Assembly (NCBI GenBank): GCA_020440705.1
Contig: JAGRNP010000003.1
Span: 10,076-74,075 of the forward strand
Direction: 5' to 3'
DNA: 64,000 nucleotides
Source of the DNA: a bacterium
GTDB taxonomy: Bacteria; Krumholzibacteriota; Krumholzibacteriia; LZORAL124-64-63
In this document: positions 19,338 to 28,952 of the stretch, one piece after another
How positions within the stretch are numbered: the stretch's first letter is position 1
Layout of the letters: each line of letters opens with the position of its first letter
Translations under genes and position numbers: made by a program
The notes under the pieces: generated by a model
Databases searched by the model: none
Told to the model about the DNA's origin: nothing
Seen by the model: the letters and a program-made list of their open reading frames with translations, nothing else

Positions 19338-20068
19338 CCTCCGCCGGGCTGCTCGTGGTGGCGGCGGCCCTGGCCACCGCCGCGCCGGAGGCGGACGGCA
19401 CTCGCGCGGGCGAACTGCATGTGGCGGGCTACACGGCTGCGGCCTGGGGGCATGCGGTGGCGGGGGCCCTGGTCTGGCTCGACGACGGGAACGGATCGCT
19501 CCGGGTCGAAGTGGCCCGGGGCGGGCCGGCGGCGCCGACGCCGGCGGCCGTGGCCGACCTCTGCGCGTGGCGCGGTTCGGGCTGGACCCTGGTGTGCGGC
19601 GAGAACGGCGAAGGCACGTTGGCCCCATGGTCCGAGCCCTGGCGCCCGGTCGCCGCCGGTCTGAGCCAGGCGGTGCGGGCGATCGCGGCGGCGGTCCACG
19701 CCGGCCCCGGCGACGACGTGGGTCGCACCGGGCGTCCCTGGCGGGCGGCCCCTCCCGCGCGGCGCGAGCAGCGTCTGGAGGTCGCGAATCTGGTCGGAGA
19801 CGCACCGCGGGCGGGCTGGCACGGACTGGTCGGCGGCACCGGCTGGGGGCGGGGGCGGGCGGGCGAAATCCTGGCCCTGGCCTGGCTGGTCGGCCCCGAC
19901 GGCTCCCGGTCCCGGCTGCAGGTCCGCGCCAGCGGTCGTCCGGGCGCGCTGGAACTCGTCCCCGACGCCTCCCGGGCCGTCCGCTACTACGATCCGGACG
20001 CCTTCATCCCGCTCTGGCCACTCGCCGAGTCCCTGCTCGTCCCCGCCCGCGGGTCTTCGCAGCCATGA
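19334..20068 (+). CDS. Hypothetical secreted protein, translationally coupled to TPR gene
   Basis: GTG overlapping TPR stop (GTGA); signal-peptide-like LLVVAAALATAAPEA; very high GC3 in this frame; 244 aa, W/G-rich; no recognised domain. Confidence 0.45.
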   Translation: MTSAGLLVVAAALATAAPEADGTRAGELHVAGYTAAAWGHAVAGALVWLDDGNGSLRVEVARGGPAAPTPAAVADLCAWRGSGWTLVCGENGEGTLAPWSEPWRPVAAGLSQAVRAIAAAVHAGPGDDVGRTGRPWRAAPPARREQRLEVANLVGDAPRAGWHGLVGGTGWGRGRAGEILALAWLVGPDGSRSRLQVRASGRPGALELVPDASRAVRYYDPDAFIPLWPLAESLLVPARGSSQP

Positions 20069-20146
20069 TTTTCGGGAACCGGCGCCGCCCGGAGGGGTTT
20101 GCTGCCCATGCGGTTCCGTCCGTCAGGTCAACCGGAGGAGAAGACG

Positions 20147-20851
20147 GTGAACGTTTCGCGAGATGAATTCGTGCAGGGAAGCCCGAGCGCACGCCGGGCC
20201 CACTTTGCCGAGGTCCGCGACGAAGACCTCATCGTGCTGGTCCAGGAAGGCCAGAAGAAGGCCTACGACGAGCTGGTCTCGCGCTACAAGGGGCGCCTGT
20301 TCAGCTTCATCCTGCGGATGGTCAAGGATCCCGATCTGGCCGAGGAACTGACCCAGGAGACGCTCATCCGGGTCTACATCCACGCGGCCAAGTATCGGGA
20401 GATCGCCAAGTTCTCGACATGGGTCTTCACGATCGCGACCAATCTGGTGCGCAACAAGATGCGCCAGCGGTCCCGCCGGCCGTACATGCTGAGTCTGAAC
20501 CCGGCGCCCGACGAGGACGAGGCCCCCATCGACCCGGCGGATGCCGAGGCCGACACGTCCGAGCGGATCCACCGCTCCGAGCTGGCCGAACTGATCAACG
20601 CGGCGACCGTGAAGATCCCGGAGAAGTACCGGATCCCGTTCCTGCTGCGCGAGGTCGAACAGCTCAGCTACGAGGAGATCCAGCAGGTGACGGGACTGAA
20701 ACTGGGTACGGTCCGCTCGCGGATCAACCGGGCCCGGACCCGATTCCGTCAGGCGATCAAGCCCATGTTGCGGAATGAAACCCTCCTGGCGGAGCTCGAG
20801 GAGATCGAGGCTCGCGCCGCCCAGGAGAAGGACGACAACCAGGACAGCTAG
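20147..20851 (+). CDS. ECF (sigma-24 type) RNA polymerase sigma factor
   Basis: Sigma-70 region 2 (GRLFSFILRMVKDPDLAEELTQETLIRVY) and region 4 HTH (SYEEIQQVTGLKLGTVRSRINRAR); GTG start 7 nt after GGAGGAG. Confidence 0.8.
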   Translation: MNVSRDEFVQGSPSARRAHFAEVRDEDLIVLVQEGQKKAYDELVSRYKGRLFSFILRMVKDPDLAEELTQETLIRVYIHAAKYREIAKFSTWVFTIATNLVRNKMRQRSRRPYMLSLNPAPDEDEAPIDPADAEADTSERIHRSELAELINAATVKIPEKYRIPFLLREVEQLSYEEIQQVTGLKLGTVRSRINRARTRFRQAIKPMLRNETLLAELEEIEARAAQEKDDNQDS

Positions 20852-20875
20852 CGTGGGCGCACGCGGAGGATGAAC

Positions 20876-21568
20876 ATGAGGTGCAACAAAGCCAGGGAAT
20901 TCGTGAGCCAGGAGCTCGATGCGATCCTGCCGCCCGACGCCACGGGCCGTCTGCGGGACCATCTGGACGCCTGTGCCGACTGTCGCGAGTACCGCGAGGA
21001 CCTGCTCGTGGGGCAGCGGCTCTTTGCCGCGACCGAGCCGACCCTCTCCGAGAATTTCGAGTGGAAGCTGCAGCTGCGCCTGAACCGGGCCCTGCAGGAA
21101 GCCGCCGGGGAAGTCCGTTACCCGTGGCAGGATCCGGAGCCGGACCGGTGGCACTGGTGGCGCAACTTCGGCGCCTCGACGGCTGTCGGCCTCGCGGCGG
21201 TCCTCGCGTTGGCCATGGTCTTCGGACCGGTCGAGCGGGTGCGGCCGAGCGCGACGCGCACCGCCGGGCCGGCCATCGCGACTTCCAATGCGGATCGCCT
21301 GCCCCTGTTCCAGCCGGGCAACGGCGGTCTCTACCAGCCGGCGGCCCGTCCGGTATCCCTGAACCAGCGCCCGTCCACGGGGACCCGTTTCGTGGAGACC
21401 GGCTGGACGGGCACGGCGACCGAGGATCTCAAGACGATCCGGCGGTTGCGGGACGAGAATCGTCGCCTGAGCAATCTTTTGATCCAGTACCAGCGTCAGA
21501 ACGAGCGGTTGCGGGCGCAGCTTGACACGAGCGGCACGAGGGCCCTAGATCTAGGTCAGGAGCAGTAG
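20876..21568 (+). CDS. Putative anti-sigma factor (zf-HC2-like N-terminus, single TM, coiled-coil C-terminus)
   Basis: Immediately downstream of ECF sigma; N-terminal C...H...CxxC (CNKAREF...HLDACADC), TM helix AVGLAAVLALAMVF, C-terminal heptad-like region. Confidence 0.6.
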   Translation: MRCNKAREFVSQELDAILPPDATGRLRDHLDACADCREYREDLLVGQRLFAATEPTLSENFEWKLQLRLNRALQEAAGEVRYPWQDPEPDRWHWWRNFGASTAVGLAAVLALAMVFGPVERVRPSATRTAGPAIATSNADRLPLFQPGNGGLYQPAARPVSLNQRPSTGTRFVETGWTGTATEDLKTIRRLRDENRRLSNLLIQYQRQNERLRAQLDTSGTRALDLGQEQ

Positions 21569-21595
21569 AACCCGACCCCGCGCCCAGGAGACCAG

Positions 21596-22651
21596 GTGCC
21601 GATGCGTGGCAACGCGAATGCGATCGTGACGAACGTGATGCTGGCGGCTCTCCTGTGGGTGACGGGCTGCGGCATCGACAAGGAAAAAGGGATCCTCATG
21701 GCGGCCGGGTCGTATGGCGACCTGGCCGTCGTCGTCAACGACGACTCCATGCGGCCTCTCGCCAACCGTTTCCTCGCCGAGTTCAACACCGAAAAGGTCT
21801 TCGTGATCAAGCCGGAGACGGTCTTCCGGCCCGACATCTTCGGGCCCGACCGCTGGGAGATCGCCAAGGGCTACAAGAACGCCCTCTTCCTGATCCACAT
21901 CGGGAGCGGCAGCGCCGAAAAGGAAGCCCGCAAACTCATGTCGGCCGATGCCTGGGAGCGGATCAGCGCGGGAGGCGGGGGCGTGGTGCAGGTCAAGGAC
22001 CCCTGGTCCACCTACCAGCACCTGGTGGTCGTGGCCTCGCGCGACCGCAACAGCCTGGGCAGCATCCTGGCCCGGAATCGCGAGAAGATCCGCGAGATCT
22101 TCGACGAGACCAATCGCGACCGGATCCTGCGCCGCAATCGTCACGACGGGCTGCGCCTCGATCTGATGGACCGCTATTGGCAGGAGTTCGGGTTCTTCCT
22201 CGAGATCCCGGGCGAATACAAGCAGAACCAGGACCGGCCGGACGGCTTCCCGGGCCTCGAACTCATGCGCACCGGTCCGTCCCGCGGGATCACGATCAGC
22301 TGGCAGGACTCCGCGGACCCCGTGCGGGACGTGGCGAATTTCGCCCTCCTGACCCGGATGCGGGAGGAGATGGGCGCCCGGATGCACGACGAGGAGATCG
22401 TCGCCGAGACTCTCGACTGGGACGAGGCCGTCATCGGCGGCGTGCCCGGCGTGAAGCTGGAAGGCGCCTGGAACAGCACCCGATTCGTCGGGGGAGGCCC
22501 CTTCTGGTGCTACTTCATCCCCGACGAGAAGCACGGCCGGATCTGGTGCATCGATCTGCTGGCCTACGCTCCGGGTATGGACAAGATGGACTTCTTCCGG
22601 CGGCTCGACGCGGTGGCCAGCACGTTCTCCACGCGTCGGCCCCAATCGTGA
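21596..22651 (+). CDS. DUF4837-like lipoprotein
   Basis: 351 aa, signal peptide with lipobox LWVTGC; overall pattern recalled as DUF4837 (FCB-group lipoproteins); not searched. Confidence 0.5.
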   Translation: MPMRGNANAIVTNVMLAALLWVTGCGIDKEKGILMAAGSYGDLAVVVNDDSMRPLANRFLAEFNTEKVFVIKPETVFRPDIFGPDRWEIAKGYKNALFLIHIGSGSAEKEARKLMSADAWERISAGGGGVVQVKDPWSTYQHLVVVASRDRNSLGSILARNREKIREIFDETNRDRILRRNRHDGLRLDLMDRYWQEFGFFLEIPGEYKQNQDRPDGFPGLELMRTGPSRGITISWQDSADPVRDVANFALLTRMREEMGARMHDEEIVAETLDWDEAVIGGVPGVKLEGAWNSTRFVGGGPFWCYFIPDEKHGRIWCIDLLAYAPGMDKMDFFRRLDAVASTFSTRRPQS

Positions 22652-22704
22652 CCCCGGACGACCCCACGGGAACCGGATCGCCTCCGGTCCAGAGGTGCAA
22701 TGAG

Positions 22705-23499
22705 ATGACGAAGCGATTCCTGCCCACTGCGGCCGCCTGGTTCCTGGCGCTGGCCGTTCTGGGCGCCGGTCCGGCGGCGGCCCAGAGCGACCGTCCGCCG
22801 AGCGAGACGGGGCGCCACAAACCGGTGCCGAAGAAGGTCGAACCGCAGCCCGAACGGAGTCTGCCCGGGCGCGCGACGCCGTCGCGCTGGTCCGCCGGCC
22901 TGGCGTTCGGGATGGTTTCCGGCGGCGACCTCTGGCATGTGGAAACGGTCACCGAAGTGGCGGTGCCCTGGCAGAGTCTGGTCCGGTTCACCTCCGAGCG
23001 GTTCAACGCGGCCCTGGACCAGAACTTCGGGCTGGGGGTCTACGTGACCCGCCGGATGAATGACCGCTGGTCCCTGCGCGGCGAAATCGGGACCTCCCGC
23101 GTGGACGTGGCGGCCGAAGCCCTCCAGGGGCAGCAGGGCGCCGTCTTCCTCTACGACCGTTTCAGCATGACGAGCATCGCGCTGGCGGCGGAGATCCGGC
23201 TCGTGCGCCTGCCCTCGCATCCCTACCTGACAGCCGGTCCGGTGCTGCTGCTGGTCGATTCGACCCAGTGGGACGACCTCGATCAGACCCGTCTGGGAGG
23301 TCGGCTCGGACTGGGCTACCTGTATGCCGCCTCGCCCGAGTTCAGTCTGCGGGCCGAGGCCCGCTACAGCCGGGCGAGTTTCGATTCGGGAGATTTCCGG
23401 CCGCAGGCCGAGGAAGGCTACGCTCCGGAGATCACCTTCGAGCCCGACGCGAATCTGAACCTCTTCGAATTGGTTTTGGCGGTAGAGATGAATTTCTGA
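22705..23499 (+). CDS. Outer-membrane beta-barrel protein (porin/OmpA-like barrel family)
   Basis: ATG at 22705 within longer out-of-frame-start ORF; signal peptide AWFLALAVLGAGPAAAQ, alternating amphipathic beta-strand pattern, C-terminal aromatic residue (...VEMNF). Confidence 0.55.
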   Translation: MTKRFLPTAAAWFLALAVLGAGPAAAQSDRPPSETGRHKPVPKKVEPQPERSLPGRATPSRWSAGLAFGMVSGGDLWHVETVTEVAVPWQSLVRFTSERFNAALDQNFGLGVYVTRRMNDRWSLRGEIGTSRVDVAAEALQGQQGAVFLYDRFSMTSIALAAEIRLVRLPSHPYLTAGPVLLLVDSTQWDDLDQTRLGGRLGLGYLYAASPEFSLRAEARYSRASFDSGDFRPQAEEGYAPEITFEPDANLNLFELVLAVEMNF

Positions 23500-23645
23500 G
23501 GGGTTGAGTGGCCGGCTGTCTCCGGACGAGGACAATCCTGGGGAAAAGGGGGTTTTTTCTTTCACCCGCAAGGGTTTCGATCTATATTACCAAACTGCGT
23601 TTTTCGGCAATTGCGGGGATGAATAGCCTTTCCCAGGGGATTTGA

Positions 23646-24491
23646 ATGAGCAACGTCATCGCGGTGGTCAACCACAAGGGCGGCAGCGGCAAGACCACGA
23701 CGGCCATCAACCTGGCCGCCGGCCTGACCCGGTACAGCGAGGTCACCTCGTCCTGCCTGGTCATCGACATGGATCCGCACGGCAGCGCCACCAGCACCCT
23801 GCTGGGCAAGCTCGACGGCGAGCCGCCGGCCCGGAGCATCTTCGACGTCCTGCGCCGGGCGATCACGCCCCAGGACGGCATCGCTTCGACCATCTACGAC
23901 GAGAACATCGACATCCTGCCGGCGAATCCGTCCCTCGAGTCCATGGCCAAGACCCAGATCACCGATCGGCTGGCCAAGGTCGTCCAGAGCGTGGCCACGT
24001 CCTATGGGTGGATCATCATCGACACCCCGCCGAACCTCGGCGTGCTGACCCAGAATGCCCTGGTCGCCGCCGACTATGCCCTGATCCCGACCCAGTGCAG
24101 CGGCCTGGCGGTGCCTACGCTGCGCCACATGAAGGAATTGATCGACAAGATCAAGGAACGCCAGAACATCTGGCTCGACGTGATGGGTGTCCTGCTCACC
24201 CAGAAGGACGGCCGCACGCCGCTGCAGAAGCAGGTGCGGCGCGAACTGGGCAACGTCTTTCCGGCGGGCGACATCTTCAAGACGATCATCACGACGAACA
24301 TCAAGATCGAGGAGGCCCCGGCCAACTTCCAGAGCATCTACGCCTACGACTCGGGGTGCCTGGGCGCCAGCCTCTATCGGGACTGGATCAAGAAGGAATT
24401 CCTGAAGAAGCACCAGAAGCTCGAAAAGGCCAAGGTGGAGCGTCGCGAGGCGATCGAGGCCGGTCGCGACATGATCGAGGAAGAGGCCTAG
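23646..24491 (+). CDS. ParA/MinD-family P-loop ATPase (orphan; no ParB partner in window)
   Basis: Deviant Walker A VVNHKGGSGKTTTAINLA, Walker A' and B (IIIDTPP); 281 aa with about 40-aa K/E-rich C-terminal tail. Confidence 0.85.
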   Translation: MSNVIAVVNHKGGSGKTTTAINLAAGLTRYSEVTSSCLVIDMDPHGSATSTLLGKLDGEPPARSIFDVLRRAITPQDGIASTIYDENIDILPANPSLESMAKTQITDRLAKVVQSVATSYGWIIIDTPPNLGVLTQNALVAADYALIPTQCSGLAVPTLRHMKELIDKIKERQNIWLDVMGVLLTQKDGRTPLQKQVRRELGNVFPAGDIFKTIITTNIKIEEAPANFQSIYAYDSGCLGASLYRDWIKKEFLKKHQKLEKAKVERREAIEAGRDMIEEEA

Positions 24492-25156
24492 CCTGCGTCG
24501 AGGCCCCTGACGAAGGGGTTGGTGGTCCGCTCGTGCCCCACGGTCGTGTCCGGACCATGCCCCGACACGACGACCGTTTCATCCGGGAGCGTATAGATGC
24601 GCTCCCGGATGCTTTTTTCCAGGGTGGCGAAGTCGCCGCCGGGCAGGTCGGTGCGCCCGACCGAGCCGTGGAAGAGGCAGTCGCCCACCAGGGCGTGCAG
24701 GGGCGACATCCCATGCAGGACGAGCATCAATTCGCCCGGGGAATGTCCCGGAACGTGGCGCACCTCGATCTCGCCGCCGGCGAAGGGGACGCGGGCCCCG
24801 TCCTCGAGGTCGGCGGACGTGCGCGGCACACGCGTCCGGGGGAGCCCATAGCCCGCCTGGAACTCGGGCAGGCGGGCGATGATGGGCACGTCGTCGGGGT
24901 GGCAGCGCAGCGGAAGCGGGTGGACATCCTGGATCTCGGCGGCGGCCCCCACGTGGTCCAGATGGCCATGGGTGGCCAGCAGGGCGACGAGCCGGGCGCC
25001 GGACGCCTCGATCCGCCCCAGCAGGCGGGGCGCCTCGTCGCCGGGATCCACCAGGATGCATTCGGGCCCATCGGGCCCGTCGCCGGTCAGCAGGACGGCG
25101 TTCATCCGGAACGGTCCCACGGGCAGGACCTCGAGTCGCCAGTTCTGGTGCGTCAC
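24488..25156 (-). CDS. MBL-fold metallo-hydrolase (glyoxalase II-like)
   Basis: HxHxDH motif ATHGHLDHVGAA plus downstream His/Asp ligands; 222 aa; convergent with ParA-like gene (4-nt overlap of ends). Confidence 0.8.
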   Translation of the reverse strand: MTHQNWRLEVLPVGPFRMNAVLLTGDGPDGPECILVDPGDEAPRLLGRIEASGARLVALLATHGHLDHVGAAAEIQDVHPLPLRCHPDDVPIIARLPEFQAGYGLPRTRVPRTSADLEDGARVPFAGGEIEVRHVPGHSPGELMLVLHGMSPLHALVGDCLFHGSVGRTDLPGGDFATLEKSIRERIYTLPDETVVVSGHGPDTTVGHERTTNPFVRGLDAG

Positions 25157-25232
25157 GTCGCTTCCTCCTGGTGAAACGGCCCCGGCGTGGGCCGGGGCCG
25201 TCTGGACATCCGCTGCGGATCCGCCTGGTTCG

Positions 25233-26549
25233 CTACTCCTCGTAGTACTCGCGGCCCAGGTGGGTGATGACCTCTTCGCCCATCATCCAGCGCAGGGTGT
25301 TCTTCAGCTTGGTCTGCTGGATGAACAGGTCGTGCTCGGGATTGAGGCCCTCGAGGTGGACCGGGCTCTTGAAGTAGAAGCTCAGCCACTCCTGGATGCC
25401 GCCCGGCAGGCCGGCCCGCGCGCCCAGGTCGAGCAGCAGGGCCATGTCGAGCACCAGGGGCGCGGCCAGGATCGAATCGCGGCAGAGGAAGTCGACCTTG
25501 ATCTGCATCGGCATTCCGCACCAGCCGAAGATGTCGATGTTGTCCCAGCCTTCCTTGTTGTCGCCGCGGGGCGGATAGTAGTTGATCCGCACCTTGTGGT
25601 AGAGGTTGCCGTAGAGGTCGGGGTAGAGCTGGGGCTGGAGGATGGTGTCCAGCACGCTCAGTTTCGACTCCTCCTTGGTCTTGAACGACTCGGGGTCGTC
25701 GAGGACCTCGCCGTCGCGGTTGCCCAGGATGTTGGTGGAGAACCAGCCGGAAACGCCCAGCTGGCGGGCCTTGAAGCCGGGGGCCAGGATGGTCTTCATG
25801 AGGGTCTGGCCCGTCTTGAAGTCCTTGCCGCAGAGGCCCGAACCGGTCTCCTTGGCCAGCTGCTCGAGGGCCGGCACGTCGGCGCTCAGGTTGGGCGCGC
25901 CGTTGGCGTAGGGGACACCCATCTTGATGGCCGCGTAGGCGTAGATCATGCTGGGCGGGATGTCCTTGTGGTCGTCCTTCAGTCCGGCCTCGAAGGCGGC
26001 GAGGGTCTGGTGGACCTCGGAGCGCTTCATGAAGATCTCGGTCGAGCCGCACCACACCATCACCAGGCGGTCGCAGCCCTTCTCCTTCTTGAAGTTCTCC
26101 ATGTCTTCCATGACCTGCTGGGCGAGCTCCCACTTGGTGCCCTTCTTGACGTGCTTGCCCTCGAGCTTCTTGACGTAGTACTGGTCGAAGACGGCGGTCA
26201 TGGGCTTGATGGCGTCGAGCTCGGGCTTCAGCTGCTCGAGGAGGTCCTTCTCGAGGACGCCGGCGTTCAGGGCGGACTCGTAGACCGAGTCGGTGAAGAT
26301 GTCCCAGCCGCCGAATTCGATGTCGTTGAGGTCGGTCAGGGGGACGAAGTTCTTGACCAGGGGCTGGCGGTCCTCGGTGCGCTTGCCCAGCCGGATGTGG
26401 CCCATCTGGGTGAAGCTGCCGATGGGCAGCCGCAGACCCTTGCGAATGGCGTGCACGCCCGCGATGAAGGTGGAAGAGACGGCACCCATGCCCGGCGTCA
26501 GGATCCCGAGCTTGCCGGTCGCGGGCTGGATCTGCTTCTTGTCTGCCAT
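25233..26549 (-). CDS. myo-Inositol-1-phosphate synthase (inositol-3-phosphate synthase)
   Basis: 438 aa from MADKKQIQP... (GGAG RBS); conserved MIPS blocks GVPYANGAPNLS, SGWFSTNILGNRDG; listed ORF extends 71 codons upstream without support. Confidence 0.85.
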   Translation of the reverse strand: MADKKQIQPATGKLGILTPGMGAVSSTFIAGVHAIRKGLRLPIGSFTQMGHIRLGKRTEDRQPLVKNFVPLTDLNDIEFGGWDIFTDSVYESALNAGVLEKDLLEQLKPELDAIKPMTAVFDQYYVKKLEGKHVKKGTKWELAQQVMEDMENFKKEKGCDRLVMVWCGSTEIFMKRSEVHQTLAAFEAGLKDDHKDIPPSMIYAYAAIKMGVPYANGAPNLSADVPALEQLAKETGSGLCGKDFKTGQTLMKTILAPGFKARQLGVSGWFSTNILGNRDGEVLDDPESFKTKEESKLSVLDTILQPQLYPDLYGNLYHKVRINYYPPRGDNKEGWDNIDIFGWCGMPMQIKVDFLCRDSILAAPLVLDMALLLDLGARAGLPGGIQEWLSFYFKSPVHLEGLNPEHDLFIQQTKLKNTLRWMMGEEVITHLGREYYEE

Positions 26550-26968
26550 CTGTGTAGCTCCTCTCAGGGCGTCGCGCGCCCTCCGCTCTCTGGTGCCGCC
26601 GAAACGGCCTGAATCCGGGACGCGATCACCGACCGGGGCGGCAACGCCGCACCCCATCCGACCGCAGGCGCCCGGGGGCTGGTTCTTCAGCGGGAATGTA
26701 TGCGACACGATAGGATTCCGGTCTCTTGAAGGCAAAAGAAAGTTTGGGCGACCTGATGACATGAAAAAAAATCGTTTTCAGGGTGGACTGGCCGTTTGAG
26801 GTCTGATATACTCCTTCTCGTTGACGGTCTGCTTCGGCTTCTCGCCTCCCTGCCTAGCCGGACGGCCACAGCTCCACAGGAAAGGTCCGAATGGCCCAAA
26901 GCTAACGCGTTCAATGTCTTTCAGCCCCAAAAACAACAACTTTGCTCTGCAAAGGGAGATTGTGCACC

Positions 26969-27703
26969 ATGAAGGAAGACGCGGCAGCTTTTGCGGTTGT
27001 TGACGGCGACTTTGCGCTATCATCGCCCAAGCTCTTCATTCCCGCGGACACCACCCGGTACTACGGGTCCCTGGGCTACGTGAAGCGATTCGTCGATCTC
27101 ACGTTGTCCTGCCTGGCCCTGCTGCTGGTTGCGCCCGTCATGCTCCTGATCGCCATCCTGGTCAAGCGGTCCAGCCCCGGGCCGGTGCTGTTCGTCCAGG
27201 AGCGCCTCGGCAGGGATGGAAAACCTTTCAAGTTCTACAAGTTCCGCTCGATGGCCCACAATTCCGACGACGCCATCCACCGCCAGTTCGCCGCCATGTT
27301 CATCAACGGCGACCAGGACGGCTGCACGGAGTCGAACGGGGGCGAAGAGGTCTTCAAGCTGAAGCAGGATCCGCGGATCACGCCGATCGGCGGGTTGCTG
27401 CGCCGCACCTCCCTGGACGAGCTGCCCCAGCTGTTCAACATCATCCGGGGCGACATGTCGCTGGTCGGCCCGCGGCCGCCCATCGCCTACGAGATCGAGA
27501 ACTACCAGCCGTGGCACATGGAGCGGCTGAAGGCCATTCCCGGGCTGACCGGCCTGTGGCAGGTCAGCGGGCGCAGCTCCGTGTCCTTCGAGGAAATGGT
27601 CCGGCTGGACGTGCGCTACATCAACGAGTGGACGCCCATGCTCGATCTGAAAATCATCCTGAAGACCCTTCCCGTCGTCCTCAGGGGCACCGGAGGCTAC
27701 TAG
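26969..27703 (+). CDS. Polyprenyl-phosphate sugar (glycosyl-1-phosphate) transferase, short Bac_transf type
   Basis: Single N-terminal TM then Bac_transf motifs KFRSM ... LDELPQLFNIIRGDMSLVGPRP ... GLTGLWQVSGR; start 26969 or 26942. Confidence 0.8.
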   Translation: MKEDAAAFAVVDGDFALSSPKLFIPADTTRYYGSLGYVKRFVDLTLSCLALLLVAPVMLLIAILVKRSSPGPVLFVQERLGRDGKPFKFYKFRSMAHNSDDAIHRQFAAMFINGDQDGCTESNGGEEVFKLKQDPRITPIGGLLRRTSLDELPQLFNIIRGDMSLVGPRPPIAYEIENYQPWHMERLKAIPGLTGLWQVSGRSSVSFEEMVRLDVRYINEWTPMLDLKIILKTLPVVLRGTGGY

Positions 27704-27892
27704 CCACCCGCCAGCATCCAGGACCGGGCAGCCGAAGAGAGCTTCGTGTTGTCCGGTCCTCTGCGCATCCGGGCCGGCTATCGAAACGGCATGCTCAATG
27801 CCTCAAGGCCTGCTCGATATTGACGATAGAACGTTTTTGGGGATCGCCCCGGCGGTTCCCGGCTCGCCCAAACGTGCTGAAGGAGACGCGAC

Positions 27893-28918
27893 ATGATCAA
27901 GACCGGTGTGATCGGATGCGGATACTGGGGCCCGAACCTGATCCGGAACCTGAACGCCCAGTCCGAATGCGATCTGGCCTACATCTCGGACCTGGATGAG
28001 GCCCGCCTGAGGCAGGTGGGACTGCTGTACCCGGGCACGACCAAGACCACCGACTACACGGAGATCCTGCGGGATCCGGAAGTGGAAGCCGTCATCGTGG
28101 CGACGCCCATGTCGACCCACTTCAAACTCGGTATGGAGGTCCTGCAGGCGGGCAAGCATCTCTTCCTCGAGAAGCCCATGGCGACCCGGAGCGAGGACTG
28201 CCGCGCCCTGAACGCGGAGGGCCGCAAGCGGGGCCTGACGGTGATGGTCGGCCACACCTTCGTCTACGCCCCGCCGGTGAGGAAGATCAAGGAACTGCTC
28301 GACGCCGGCGAACTGGGGGACATCTACTACGTCAACATGGCCCGGGTGAACCTCGGCATCTTCCAGAAGGATGCCAACGTGATCTGGGATCTCGTTCCCC
28401 ACGACGTGGCCATGCTGAACTTCCTGCTGGGCGAAGATCCGGTGAGTGTCTCGGCGGTCGGGAACTGCTACGTGCAGACCGATCTCGGCATCGAGGACGT
28501 GGCTTTCGTGACGCTCCGCTATCCGGGCGGCACCATGGCCAACATCCACGTCAGTTGGCTCGATCCGAACAAGATCCGCAACTGCACCTTTGTTGGCAGC
28601 AAGAAGATGCTGGTCTATGATGACGTCTCGGTTTCGGAGAAGATCCGGGTCTACGACAAGGGTGTCGACGTGCAGCCGCACTACGAGACCTTCGGCGAAT
28701 TCCAGCTCATGTACCGCAGCGGCGATGTCTTCATCCCGAAGCTGGATTCGGTGGAGCCCCTGAAGGCCGAGACCGGCCACTTCCTGGACCTCATCAGGGG
28801 CCGGACCACGCCCAAGAGCAGCGGTGTGGACGGGCTCAAGGTCGTCCAGGTGCTCGAGGGGGCCTGCCGCTCGATCCAGGAGAAGGGCCGCCAGATCGAT
28901 CTGGTGTACGGCGACTGA
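27893..28918 (+). CDS. Gfo/Idh/MocA-family NAD(P)-dependent oxidoreductase (sugar/inositol dehydrogenase-like)
   Basis: N-terminal Rossmann IKTGVIGCGYWGPNLIRNL, EKP motif LFLEKPMA; 341 aa. Confidence 0.85.
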   Translation: MIKTGVIGCGYWGPNLIRNLNAQSECDLAYISDLDEARLRQVGLLYPGTTKTTDYTEILRDPEVEAVIVATPMSTHFKLGMEVLQAGKHLFLEKPMATRSEDCRALNAEGRKRGLTVMVGHTFVYAPPVRKIKELLDAGELGDIYYVNMARVNLGIFQKDANVIWDLVPHDVAMLNFLLGEDPVSVSAVGNCYVQTDLGIEDVAFVTLRYPGGTMANIHVSWLDPNKIRNCTFVGSKKMLVYDDVSVSEKIRVYDKGVDVQPHYETFGEFQLMYRSGDVFIPKLDSVEPLKAETGHFLDLIRGRTTPKSSGVDGLKVVQVLEGACRSIQEKGRQIDLVYGD

Positions 28919-28952
28919 TCCCCCGCGGGATCGGCGAGACGGAGCGCGCCGC

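Noticed and set aside
25153-26133. 326-aa minus ORF and several + ORFs inside the MIPS gene
   Set aside because: They are antisense or out of frame to a clearly conserved inositol-1-phosphate synthase.
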